From the sequence record PV764938.1: DNA of 64,000 bases. One strand, written 5' to 3'. Within the stretch, counting starts at the first letter, position 1, and each line of letters opens with the position of its first letter. The notes under the pieces were generated by a model, which saw only the letters and a list, made by a program, of their open reading frames with translations, was not told the origin of the DNA and made no database searches. Position numbers and translations under genes: made by a program. Of the stretch, positions 54,301-63,800 are shown one piece after another.

Positions 54301-57300
54301 ACTTGAGTGGCAAAATCAAAATTGGGAATTGTGTTCCTCCACTTGGAACACTGTAAGTTGCACCAGTAAACGCCGTATAAGGGACCGCAACACCCGGCCA
54401 AGCTGCATTGTAAATCTTTGTAGTTTTCAGGACTGTAGTCTTACGTGCCAACAAATCAGTACCAGCAATAGACAGATCTGTCATGCGACCTGTGCTCTCA
54501 ACTTGCCATACCTTTTTAGCGTTGGCTGGGACAAAGTTGAGACCCGAGCCGTACATGATGTTGAAGTAAACGTTTTCGCGAGTACCGAAGTTGTAATCGG
54601 TGAGTGCAGTCTTAGTCGCCGTGTCGATGCCGTGGATACCAAACTGACGGCTACCAAAATCAATGCTGTTGTTGGAACGCTGAACGATCTTCGTTTTGTA
54701 ACGGAAGTTTTCGTTAGTATCAAAGATATAACCGGAACCTGTAGCCGATGGATTATACTCACCAGAGTGACCAGTGTATCGGCTTGCAGGAGCACCAACA
54801 ACAAGGCGATCCTTATTGATACTTACGAAGCGACCAAAATTACTGCTATCATTACGACGCTGTTGGTGACCAGGGACAACAACTGGATTGTCGATCTTCA
54901 TCCATTCATCACCAACTCGTGTTGTGATTTCGAGCTGACCAGCACCGGATACAGATTGCTCAATGTGTTGGAAACTATTGATGTTCTTCTTATCGAGTTC
55001 GTTTTTAACGACTTCGTTCGAGTAAGCGTTTGGAAGACCAGAAAGGATTGTATGGGCATCCCAAATATATGTGGAACTTCCACGACCTTGTGCGCTTGGT
55101 GTTGGAATTGCCGCAGCAAAGTTTTCACCACCCAAGTTTGGTGTGAATGGGTTGTGGTATGCAGCAACCGAGCGAACCTTGAAATCACGAAAGTTCATCA
55201 TTGGAGGTTGAATCGTCGACTGTGCGCTGTCGTAACCCCAGACAATATTTGTGTCAGCATCGATGAATGTTAGACCAGTGACATCGTACGTATTGCGGAG
55301 TTCACCGTTGACGTAAGTACGAATCTGATTACCATCACGCACCATCGCCAAATGTGTCCAAGTCTTGCGCTGAACTGTTCCAAACTCATAACGCTTCTTA
55401 ACGGCGCCATCAGTTGTGAGTTCAAATACACACTGACCTCCGTTTGCTTCACTCTCACCAACAACGTTGTAGAGGCCCCATTGACCGGAACGACGCATCA
55501 TTGGCAGCATAATTCCTGGATTTTCGTTCCCTGGAACAGAACGTGGCTCAGCAATCCAATACCACTGCTCGAATGTGAAGTTTGGTAGGTTTGCAAATGC
55601 TTTACCAGACAAACGAATGAACGCAGCCTGCGCCGGTATAGTCGAAAGACTTACTGAGAAATTTGAGCGGTCGTTGCTGTATGCGTTTTCCCAGTAATTG
55701 CCGGAACTACGATTGACAAATGTCATGTTCGTACCGTTGATACCAGTCAAATAGTTACCGTCCAATGGAATCATACGCGAATACATGACAACGTCAGAAA
55801 CTGCTGAGTCACTCAGGTTCGTATTAAGAGTCCAAACGCCTCCAACCTTCTCGAACACATACTTCGTAGAGTTTCCGGAGGCTTCAATCGAAATTAGCGA
55901 ATCCTTAACATTGACTGCGGATCCGAAGTTAGAAGCAGCAACTGGGAGGCCAGTTAGACGTGCTGTTTGACCCCAGGAGCCTGTGTTCTCGAATACGAAA
56001 ACAGTGCCGGCACCAGTTGTCAAAGTTGTACCAGTGTCGTCGTAGCCATTCTTGCTGCTGATAGCAATCGTGTTATTGAAAGCAGAGAATTTGTAACCGA
56101 AATTGTCCGAAGCAATACGCGAGTTAACACCATTTGCGGAGAGCTTTGCCGAGTTTTCCCAAGTCGAAACATTCAAGTCGTAAACGAATACCGCGCCAGC
56201 CGCCGTAACACTGTTGACGCCAGTAGCGTCGTAGGAGTTTCCAGGAGCACCAACAAACAGACGACCACCAGCAAAAGCAACAGCAGTACCGAAGCCATCG
56301 CCTGCGTTGCGGCCACCAGTACCAGTTGCTACGAGCTTCTGTACTTGGTTCCAAACACCAGCAGTACGCTTAAAGATGAATACCGCACCAGCGCCAGTCA
56401 ACAGGTTTGCACCGGATGCGTCGTAGGACTGTCCAGGCGCTCCTACAGCAGCCCAATCCTCAAACACAGCAACGCTAGTACCGAACAGGTCCTGCGCTAG
56501 ACGAGCGTTTGTGCCCGTCGGAACAAGCTTCTTGGACTGGGTCCAAGACCAAACTTCATCAGCGTCTAGATCTTCACTCAGTTCAACTTCATCCCACTCG
56601 ATGACAACGATACCGTTACCGCCAGGTGTTGTGGAATCACCACCGATACCGTAACCGTCGAATTCGGAGCTAACCTTGAGCTTACCACCATCGTAGGCAA
56701 CTACATCGTAGATCATCTGTTCATCAGTGATCATCGGAGCGAATGCTGGGGTTGGATCAACCATCGAAGAACCGCCCGAACCCGAACCACCAACCTTATA
56801 GTTTGTTGTGGCGACGTTGTAGGCACTGCGGTAACCATAACCATCAGGACCAGCAGCACCACCAGAGAAGCCACCGCCACCAGCGCCGTTCGAGAATACG
56901 TTTCCGGGAATCACAGACGCAGGGCTTGCGTTACCGCCCGCAAGGCGAGTAGTCCAGTAGGTGTCATCGGCGATCGCGAAACGAATATCAAATGTGGAAC
57001 CAAACAGAACGTAGTTTGGGTAACGAGCTACAGCTTCGTTGTAACCGTAGATGTAGCCCTTTGCGCCCTTCATGTTCAACGAGTATTCAATTGGATGAGT
57101 CACAGTTCTAATAGTGACACCATCACCAGCTACGATACCACCGTAACCACCAGGACCATCAACACCTGCACCACCACCGGCGCCAGCTGTGATAAGGTCA
57201 CCGAGGAGTGGATGATTGATAGCAGAACGACCGCCACCAGAACCACCGATACCACCAGCTACTGTGAGATAACCACCACCGCCGAAAGCTGCGGTTGTGC

Positions 57301-57826
57301 CAGCTGCAACACCACCTTGACCAACGATAACGTTGTAGGTCTGTCCTGGGTTCACGAGGATTGTCGCCTTAACATAAGCGCCATCACCGCCGCGATGAGT
57401 ACCCGTAGTGTTTCCGCCACCGCCACCAGCGATCATCTGGACTGTGATGCGATCGACATTTTCGGGAACTGTAAATGTTTGATTTGCACCAGTGCTGGAG
57501 AATGTCTGCTTGTGATGTGTCTTCAGCTTAGAGTTGCGAGCCACATACTTGACAGTCTTCTCGAACATCCAAGCTGCACCGGCATTGGCCAAGTTGTTTG
57601 CACCAGTTGCATCATACGTGTGATTTGCTGTTCCGACCAACAAACTGTTGGAATGTGTATCGAGAACTGAGCCAAAACGGTCACCTGCGCGAATCGCGTT
57701 GGTTCCAGTTGGGCGAATCTGGTTCTTGAAGGTAACCTTCTTCTCTTGAACTCCGGCAGCTTCTTTCGAATTGCCCTTCAGTACAAGATCATTACCATAT
57801 GAAGAATTGTCGGAAATAGAGGTCAT
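48338..57826 (-). CDS. giant FG-GAP repeat beta-propeller protein with two glycine-rich domains and a LamG-like domain (probable virion fibre/adhesin)
   Basis: 3162 aa; many GDxFGxSV...VGAPxxxYDxxGxN...GAVxxF repeats; GGGGAG-rich segments; WTHLAMVRDG LamG-like segment; GGAG RBS. Confidence 0.85.
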   Translation of the reverse strand: MTSISDNSSYGNDLVLKGNSKEAAGVQEKKVTFKNQIRPTGTNAIRAGDRFGSVLDTHSNSLLVGTANHTYDATGANNLANAGAAWMFEKTVKYVARNSKLKTHHKQTFSSTGANQTFTVPENVDRITVQMIAGGGGGNTTGTHRGGDGAYVKATILVNPGQTYNVIVGQGGVAAGTTAAFGGGGYLTVAGGIGGSGGGRSAINHPLLGDLITAGAGGGAGVDGPGGYGGIVAGDGVTIRTVTHPIEYSLNMKGAKGYIYGYNEAVARYPNYVLFGSTFDIRFAIADDTYWTTRLAGGNASPASVIPGNVFSNGAGGGGFSGGAAGPDGYGYRSAYNVATTNYKVGGSGSGGSSMVDPTPAFAPMITDEQMIYDVVAYDGGKLKVSSEFDGYGIGGDSTTPGGNGIVVIEWDEVELSEDLDADEVWSWTQSKKLVPTGTNARLAQDLFGTSVAVFEDWAAVGAPGQSYDASGANLLTGAGAVFIFKRTAGVWNQVQKLVATGTGGRNAGDGFGTAVAFAGGRLFVGAPGNSYDATGVNSVTAAGAVFVYDLNVSTWENSAKLSANGVNSRIASDNFGYKFSAFNNTIAISSKNGYDDTGTTLTTGAGTVFVFENTGSWGQTARLTGLPVAASNFGSAVNVKDSLISIEASGNSTKYVFEKVGGVWTLNTNLSDSAVSDVVMYSRMIPLDGNYLTGINGTNMTFVNRSSGNYWENAYSNDRSNFSVSLSTIPAQAAFIRLSGKAFANLPNFTFEQWYWIAEPRSVPGNENPGIMLPMMRRSGQWGLYNVVGESEANGGQCVFELTTDGAVKKRYEFGTVQRKTWTHLAMVRDGNQIRTYVNGELRNTYDVTGLTFIDADTNIVWGYDSAQSTIQPPMMNFRDFKVRSVAAYHNPFTPNLGGENFAAAIPTPSAQGRGSSTYIWDAHTILSGLPNAYSNEVVKNELDKKNINSFQHIEQSVSGAGQLEITTRVGDEWMKIDNPVVVPGHQQRRNDSSNFGRFVSINKDRLVVGAPASRYTGHSGEYNPSATGSGYIFDTNENFRYKTKIVQRSNNSIDFGSRQFGIHGIDTATKTALTDYNFGTRENVYFNIMYGSGLNFVPANAKKVWQVESTGRMTDLSIAGTDLLARKTTVLKTTKIYNAAWPGVAVPYTAFTGATYSVPSGGTQFPILILPLKYLGDQLYYSISNGVRVNPDWDNTSSGYIAPLVWNGTNEYTYTQTFTYPGSASNNKIANDYFGYDVKTDGTSVFVGAYGNRQTPNNNNVHVNMGGIHRYEYNALLQGWDEKELILPSVLGGSQAFGLSFDIKGDYLISKTTTTNAGVEVFKKGENGYVFLERFSESNTNDPFVYNSARFFSTEANFITGSPDAVDGAKTGVGYARHYTQDVDGTYNVDSVSYKPTNIAVDDRVGNGFFATSLVVKDGRVVIGIPQYNKIDGGSATRTNMGAGTIFEKNEQGVWTFKTLLTNPATDSSSQFWGSRVGMRGNRILLHSSNAVSQAATYTFDGTTATFESRINNSAGGRNMYSGALFSDDKFVGGSTTWSPSTNVQLAAGSFADFNRSGSTWTKGTDNAVPLHTNGAYEKGTIVYGSNANIAYGRNANDAFGTAVKLNSNKNILMIGAPTHVYRVDSTANTSSNMGAVFVYYLDTDTNKWRLNTKVIETLSTSNAFFGRVLNEYNNDFFITSAYNNGNNGAFTRFAQGNIGITSTWTDTFTMNGTTSTQAFGTGLAYDSVRDMYYSGSPLRTVNSIASGIFETVLASTRARTVYTNEGNINNRNAGDNFGYSVAIHNGALAVGVPGYDWNTTGVSFTTNRGAVYTYKLAEDERFYYDQKITFENAPAVTNYGLFVGLNDDYLYVNSNRETPVVFKRDGAGKFGTPLTSTAAATLTATAQVSQTRAAWDKETLQGMLGATNGNFNTGTANAFGAAIPINYTEGTDSFAVSNVGVVTQTVNSNGVNELSHVYMSSNAGFGQTGLALSPDGSMLAIGSHNDVQFMHSATTFQVAGQNTWGKVFVYRWNTPKSMFEYHSHFVNPVSGASQSAMNLSWVDGKLAVAIPNVDRVFVYKLVDDRFWKIDTSATMENTLTNAILTLDGNALVMAKPTANGYPSVTQSGAIRTRVLNGNVWGGSRGINAGADAEAYSAATSAGGGGGAGYIGGGAGGAFNTNFGAGGQGGSNLVPNGGSQILSLGAARANSANANATGAGGNTVGAIGEDARVVITHGTTDVVFNYTGFDQTFTVPAGVTEITVALWGAGGGAANHASGWATRRSGRGGAGAFVTGTLSVTEGEELKIVVGGGGAGGQIGTDLSNRNQNRKYGLGGLGGRSLNTAIDGAGCGGGLAGIARGNDFLAIAGGGGGGSTRTATFTLDGRPGGYEVIKDVATTLETLLDSDAVVAPGIINSRSATDFFGHAVGIKDENQIYVGAPGHEYDSSGDPLPANSGAVFEYKRINGKWQLIQKITSSKATNADYFGFALEVNDNNLLVLGSQPYSSIATLEVPTFAGSPDKNAVELFAFDGSNFVSQAKTTLTATVDLGISLTLVGDKIVLGQTRRNTDGVKPTVSNSGGFTTFDITVPTLTSAGSIVGDGVSHGRFASDLFGSAVEVTPTQILVGAPGHDYGNNGVNFRDGQGAIFVFDKKGATYTFREKLNLETNSELLGYGKTLKLIGDKLYAGTNDAAKMVELTATNGAWTIARHIEAGAGKVAEIVSGTRLIELDSGASQGVGPQPALSGAGRAKTFTINSNGSLTDANADYSVPGRSNGRAAGDQFGYSVYANHDFVVVGSPFHSYDLYGNATSKSGALFVYNKTGDKWNTESKIVPDATAPIGFGRTLSGRNGWIITGNYTNDTGLARVFQRVAEGNWVARKDYTGNGATNGRFGAAVAAADTNKFVVGVPDANNVPGAPQVANSGIVQAYERVGEDWFVRGTFSAQGLARGRNAGDWFGYSVSANKNFVVIGSPQYDFDVTGDLELSNAGAIWIYLKNTQFPMVAKFTSPSRIVDGRFGETVGIDEKTNTVVVGEPGANAVHIFAFDGETLTLTQTLTVTPDAGEVFGKTLAVAGGYIAVGSAMASTDADGENPMTNAGATYVFALDASNATWALKEKIAGFSDEAGTEMTNGRHPEDLFGHAVALDAKGALIVGAPGQDYDALGANLVQEAGAVFIKKIN

Positions 57827-57864
57827 TATGGTCTCCAGGATGCAACTCGCATTTGATTCACGAG

Positions 57865-57870
57865 TATTTA
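57865..57870 (-). promoter_or_regulatory. late promoter TAAATA
   Basis: CATAAATAC on the - strand upstream of the 3162 aa gene. Confidence 0.6.
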
Positions 57871-57899
57871 TGCACCCCAGAGACTGTTAAGCCACAATG

Positions 57900-60800
57900 T
57901 TAATTCGGAATCCAGTTTGCTCGGACGTTAGACGCCTTTACACTTGTGGACGAATCCGTCTGAAGCGCATCAACATCTGTTTGATCCAAAGCTGCATTCC
58001 AAATTGTGATGTCGCTCATGTAACCGATAAAGCCGTTTTCGGTTGCATCGTCCAAGTTGTGGTTGTCAAAAGCTGCACCAATCGAGAACAGCGAGTTTGC
58101 TGTGATTGTTGCATCGGTCTGTTTGGTACCAGCCAATACACCGTTCACATAAACCGAGATCACACCAGCATTGCACGTATAGACCACATTGTTCCATTCG
58201 TGAATTACGAAGTTCGAAGTGTTAAAGCCAATTACTTCGCTTTCAGCAGTTACGCGAATCTGACCGGCGTTATCCAGAACTAGCATGTGCGGGTTGGCAA
58301 CACCCAGATCCAATGGCGAACCATCTTCAACAGCAGAGTAACCAGGACGATCTGTACCATTTGTGATAGCGAAGATTGTGCCGCCGGACAAGTTCTGATG
58401 ACGCTGGTTGCTACGGATCCAAACACTGAATGAGAAAGTGTTTCCGATGTTATTGATGACCGTCGAAGCATCGAGCCAACCATCAACCAGAACCTTGTTC
58501 AAGCGATCTTCCTTAGCCGAAACCTCATATACGATAACAGAGCCGCTGGACGAACGCACTGTACTCGTGGCCGATGTCAGAGCATCTGTTGGTGCGCCGA
58601 CGGCCAGGATATTTTCGTGACCAGCGATCGCAACACCGAAGTTCTGAGCTTCACGACGCATGTTTGTGGGTTCAGCCAAACGACGCAGCATGTTAACGCG
58701 ACCCTGAATCGTAAGCGTCGGATCCGTTGCTGTCGTAACAACCGAGTTCACTGTTGTCGGAGCAAGCTCGATGGACGCGGAGAAGCCCGACTCAGAGAAT
58801 ACCAATTTCGGTGTACGAGTGTAACCGGAACCAGCCGATACCAACTGAATACCACTTATGATGCCTTCGGAAACTTCCGCAGTCGCTGTTGCTGGACGAG
58901 TATTTGTACCAGTAAAGATGATCTGCGTGCTCTGCGACAAGTTGTTACCCGCCGACAGAATGTTAACGGCTTCAACGCTTGTCGGAGCAATCGTCGCTGT
59001 CGCTGTTGCCGCGGTTGCAAACGAGCCACCGAAGCTGACAGCAGGAACTCGACGATAGCCCGAACCTGGGTTGTCCAAGATGAAATCCGAGATCTTAGCT
59101 GTTAGGCTCAGCGTCATTGTAGAAGCTGTGATTGGACCATACGAGATTGTTTCCAATACTGTGTCATCAACACTACCGTAGGAAACCGCATTGTTGGAAA
59201 CCTGATAGTCTTCGCTGCTTGTGATACCTTCAGTTACGAGACCATAGTCTTCAGAACCCGTAACACCTTCGGTTACGAGACCGTAATCCTCAGAAGTATC
59301 ACCACCAGCAATCGGATCAATTACCGCACCAAATGTCTGTGTTTCGATAACACGAACCGCTGGACGATTCGCAAAGTTCGGAAGTGCGCTGAACTGACCC
59401 GCAACATCAATTGCGATGCTTGTCGAATTGTAGTTGGCGTCTACAGTCAACGTCTTAACACGGAGGTTTGCAGTATCTAGGCTTACTGTGAAGGACTCGC
59501 CAACATAGGACTTTGTCGAAGCCTGCATCAACACGCCGTCAGTTTCCATAACAACGTGAGCCTGTGCAGTCGTACCACCGGAGTCTGGGCTGTCGATGAG
59601 GATCGTTGGGAATGCTGTGAAGCCCGAACCCGAATTTGTCAACGACAATGTTGCGACTTCAGTTGGTTCCAAGACCGCCTGCAGAACGACACCAACACCA
59701 GAGTTTGCTGTGACTGTTGGGATATTCGTGTAGCCTTCACCGCCATCTGTGAGCGTTACGTTGAGTAGCGTTGCGCCCGAACGTGTCAACACAACCGAAG
59801 CACCCGTACCAGTTGTATCGTACTGATCACGGACAACTGTGATTGTTGGATCAACCGCAGTTGCTGGAGCCGAAAGCAACTTCGGATTTGCAACACCAAC
59901 TGGGTTCATCATTGCATGACCCTTGAACGCATCAATCGAGTAAACTGCTTCTGGGTGACCCTTATAGGAAATACCTGCGAATGGAACCGCAACACTTTCG
60001 AATGTTCCGTCTTCGCTGTCGAAGACGATCTGGGTGGTCGCTGGTTGTGCAGGCTTACCACCGATCAGGTTAACGTTGAGGCCGTCTAGGGATTCGACCT
60101 TGTAAGTCCAAACCGAACCAGCATTCGAGATTGCGTCTTCATCGAACTCATTCTTCGAAGCTGCTGGTGTTCCGATAGCCAAGTAGCCATCGTTGAAGCT
60201 CATATAGCGACCAAACTCAAGACTGCTTTCACGAGCACTGAGCGGAGTCGGAGCAAGCTTTTGTACGAAGTGCCATACATTGTCGATGCGCTTGTAAACC
60301 ATCGCCGATCCAACATTGAGGTATCCACCACCGTTATCAGCTGCACTCACGCCATAAACGGAGCCAGGGGCACCAACTACGAGAACATTATCATTCAGGA
60401 TCAATGAAGTACCAAACAAGTTGGATTCATTTGAGCCATAACCCTGTGGAGAGATCTTTGTCTGATTCTTGAAGTAACCATCGACATCCAGCTCAAACGC
60501 AAATACTGCACCATAGTTGACCGCAATGGCTGCACCAGCAACGTCGTACATGTGGTTAGGAGCACCAACTACGAGTAAGCCATTCTGTAGACCAATAGAT
60601 GTACCAAAACGGTCACCACTATTGTGCTGATTTGTGCCAATCGGCGTGACCTTCTGCTTATAGGTCCAATTTCCACCTACAAGTTCGAACACAAATACTG
60701 CACCACCGTCGGTGACTGTACGATTCAATCGGTTGTAGTCGTGTGCCGGTGCACCAATAGCCAAATAGTTACCATCGGCTGCCCAAGTTGAACCAAACGC

Positions 60801-63800
60801 CATACCGGATTCAGCAACAGGACGCTGAGGATAAACCTTGTCCTCAAATGTCCAAACCCCATCAACACGACGGAAGATAGCAGCCGCGCCACCATTTGAA
60901 ACATAAATGGATTCGTATGGAGCACCAGCAACACACAGGTCACCTACAATGCTAATGGACGCGCCAACACTACCACCGTTGGCATTGTTTGGCGCAGTTG
61001 GATCGTAGATGCTCTGAACGAAATTAAACTGTCCAGTTCCGCTATCACGTTCGAAGAAGTTGACCTTACCAACGCCAAATGAACTTGCTGGAAGTACCGA
61101 GTTTCTAGAACCAATAGCAAGAGTTTCACCATCGTAATCAATAGACGAACCGAACTGAGAGTTCTTGTAAGGAAGTGCAGAGTTATCAATGGACAGCACT
61201 TGGATTTCTTCGAAGAATCCATCCACAAGCTCATAAACAAACACGACTCCCTGATTTAGGTTTCCACCGAATGTAGTACCTGGAGCACCGATGAACAACA
61301 AATCGCCATACATCTTTGCCGAAGCACCGTAGAGTCCACTTGCGTTTCGGATGGAGCCAGAAAGCTTCTGATGGTATGTCCAATTTACACCATCGTTGAA
61401 CCAAACATATGCGGAACCACTTGCAGCCACGTAATAGTCTTCGTTGGCGTCATAGGAGTTTCCGATAGCACCGACCACGAAGTAATCGCCATCACCGGAC
61501 ACCGCAGTACCAAGACGATCACCAGCAACAACGGTGTTGGACTTAGCTGTGATAACCTGAACCTGTGCCCAGTTTTCTGTGTCGTCGGCGCGTGAAAATG
61601 CAATCGCAGCACCTGCGTTACCGACGACAACACCACGACCATCAGAATCACGATATGGTGTACCAACGATCAAATCGTTACCACTTGTTGATACCGTTAG
61701 ACCAAACCAATCCGAAACACCACGAGCCGGGACAGTTGGAGTACCCAAGTGGTTTGTACCGAGAACCAACTTCTGCGCCATCGACCAAATCGCCGACTTC
61801 TTGAACACATAAGCGGAACCAGCTTCGATGACATTGTTTGCGCCGTTTACGTCGTAGCCGTTAAGCGATGTAACAATGACTTCGTTGTCCGAGTTGATCG
61901 CGACAGCAAGACCATAACGATCGCCATTGTTGTAGGCGTTCGTACCAACTGGCGTCAGTTCAGTACCTGCGTTCCAGCAGTTGATTGCAGTATCTCCGGG
62001 AGTCTTCTCAAACACAAATGCCTTACCCGGCTTTGTATTGTCGTCGTAGGATGGAGCACCGACAACCATGCGAGATTCAGTCAGGGCAATTGCACGACCG
62101 AAGAGCGCATTTGCGACACGATTCGGAGCAACAACCTTCTGTTCGAGAATCCAACGGGAGCCAGCGGAATCCCAACGCCATACATAGACAGCACCTGCAC
62201 CAACCACGTAGTTGTTACCGTTTGCATCATATGCGTGGTACGGGCTACCAACAGCAACGATTGTATCAGCCGCTGCAATTTCGTAGCCGGTCCAATCGCT
62301 GGCGTTTGTATCGTGACCCCAAGCAACAACCTTCTGTTGCTGAGTCCATGTACCTTCGATGTTCTGGAAGAAGAACGAAGCACCAGCACCAGTCTTTGCA
62401 AGATTGCCATCTTGGTCGTAACGGTGTGCAGGAGAACCAACAATCAGGAAGTCATCAACGAGTGTCAGCGACGAACCAAAGTTATCGCCAGCCGCATATG
62501 CGTTGGTACCAGTCGGAGATACCGTCGAGTCGTATTCCCATGTTTCGCCATTGCGATTGAACATGTGAACAACACCGCCGAGATTCGTCGTGTTTGCCTT
62601 ACCCGGAACAAAAGTCAAATCCGAACTGTTCGAAGCCAAACCCGTATAGTTACCGGTTAGGTCGTCATAGCCATTGTTGACGAATTCACTGTAGTTGACA
62701 AAGAATACCGAGCTAGGACGAGCACCAATTTCTTCACCCTGATTCAAGGTTAGATCAATGCTTTCGTTGTTGATTCGAATGAAGTCAACGATCTTGTTGA
62801 TGTTATGAACGGATCGACCAAACGTAAGACCATTTCGAAGATCAAGTGGTACGTTGGAAGAAGTAACCGCAGCAGAACCTGAAAGTACACCATCAACGTA
62901 GAGCTGATAAGTATTTCCTGTTCGACGAACACCCAAAATGTGCCAACCGATACCAACAGGTGTTGTCAAACGTGTAATTACTGTCGTACTGTTTGTGAAG
63001 TCAGCAAACATGCCGCCTGCACTTAGGTAAATGCTGAAACCACCGTTGGTTCCAGCTGTGAAATAGTTGAGCGAGCTAACAATGTCGAACGTATTGGCGT
63101 TGTCGGCCTTGTAGAACCCAACCTCAATCGACCAATCCTTTGTCGGATCTACGATTGTGCTGAATGGCGCTGGGCGATAAGAGATTATCGAGTTTGTGTT
63201 AATTCGAATTGCCGACGCATCAGGAGCAGTCGAGCCAATAGCCAGTGTATCACCGTGACGGTCAACGGCTGCGCCGAATACCAATGTCTGATTAACACCT
63301 GTTGGCGGAACGATTTCCTGCTTGACTTCCCAAGTATCACCGATCAACTCGTAAACGTAGACAATACCACGATACAGAGCATCGCTACCGCCAGTCGTTT
63401 GACCAGGCGCAGCAATGAGCAATTCACCGTTTTCGAAGTGGATAGCAGAGCCGAAGAACGCATTTGAGAGACGATTTTCAGTTGGAGCAATAATCTTCTG
63501 CTTGTTTGTGAGAACGCCTGCATCCCACTTCCACATGAACACTGCACCGGAGTTTGCAACCTTGTTGCTGACGTTTGTGTCGAAATCATGCTGTGGTGCA
63601 CCAACTGCAATCCAGTCGTTACTATAAGCAACCTGCGAGCCAATAAGGTCACCAGCATTACGAACGTTACCTGGAGGACCCACACGCTGAACCTTAGTCC
63701 AAAGACCATTTTCCTTGCGATACACGAATACAAGACCAGCACCTGACAAACCGTCTTCACCGGCTTCGTCAAACTGTTGGTTGTAAGATCCAACAGCGAT

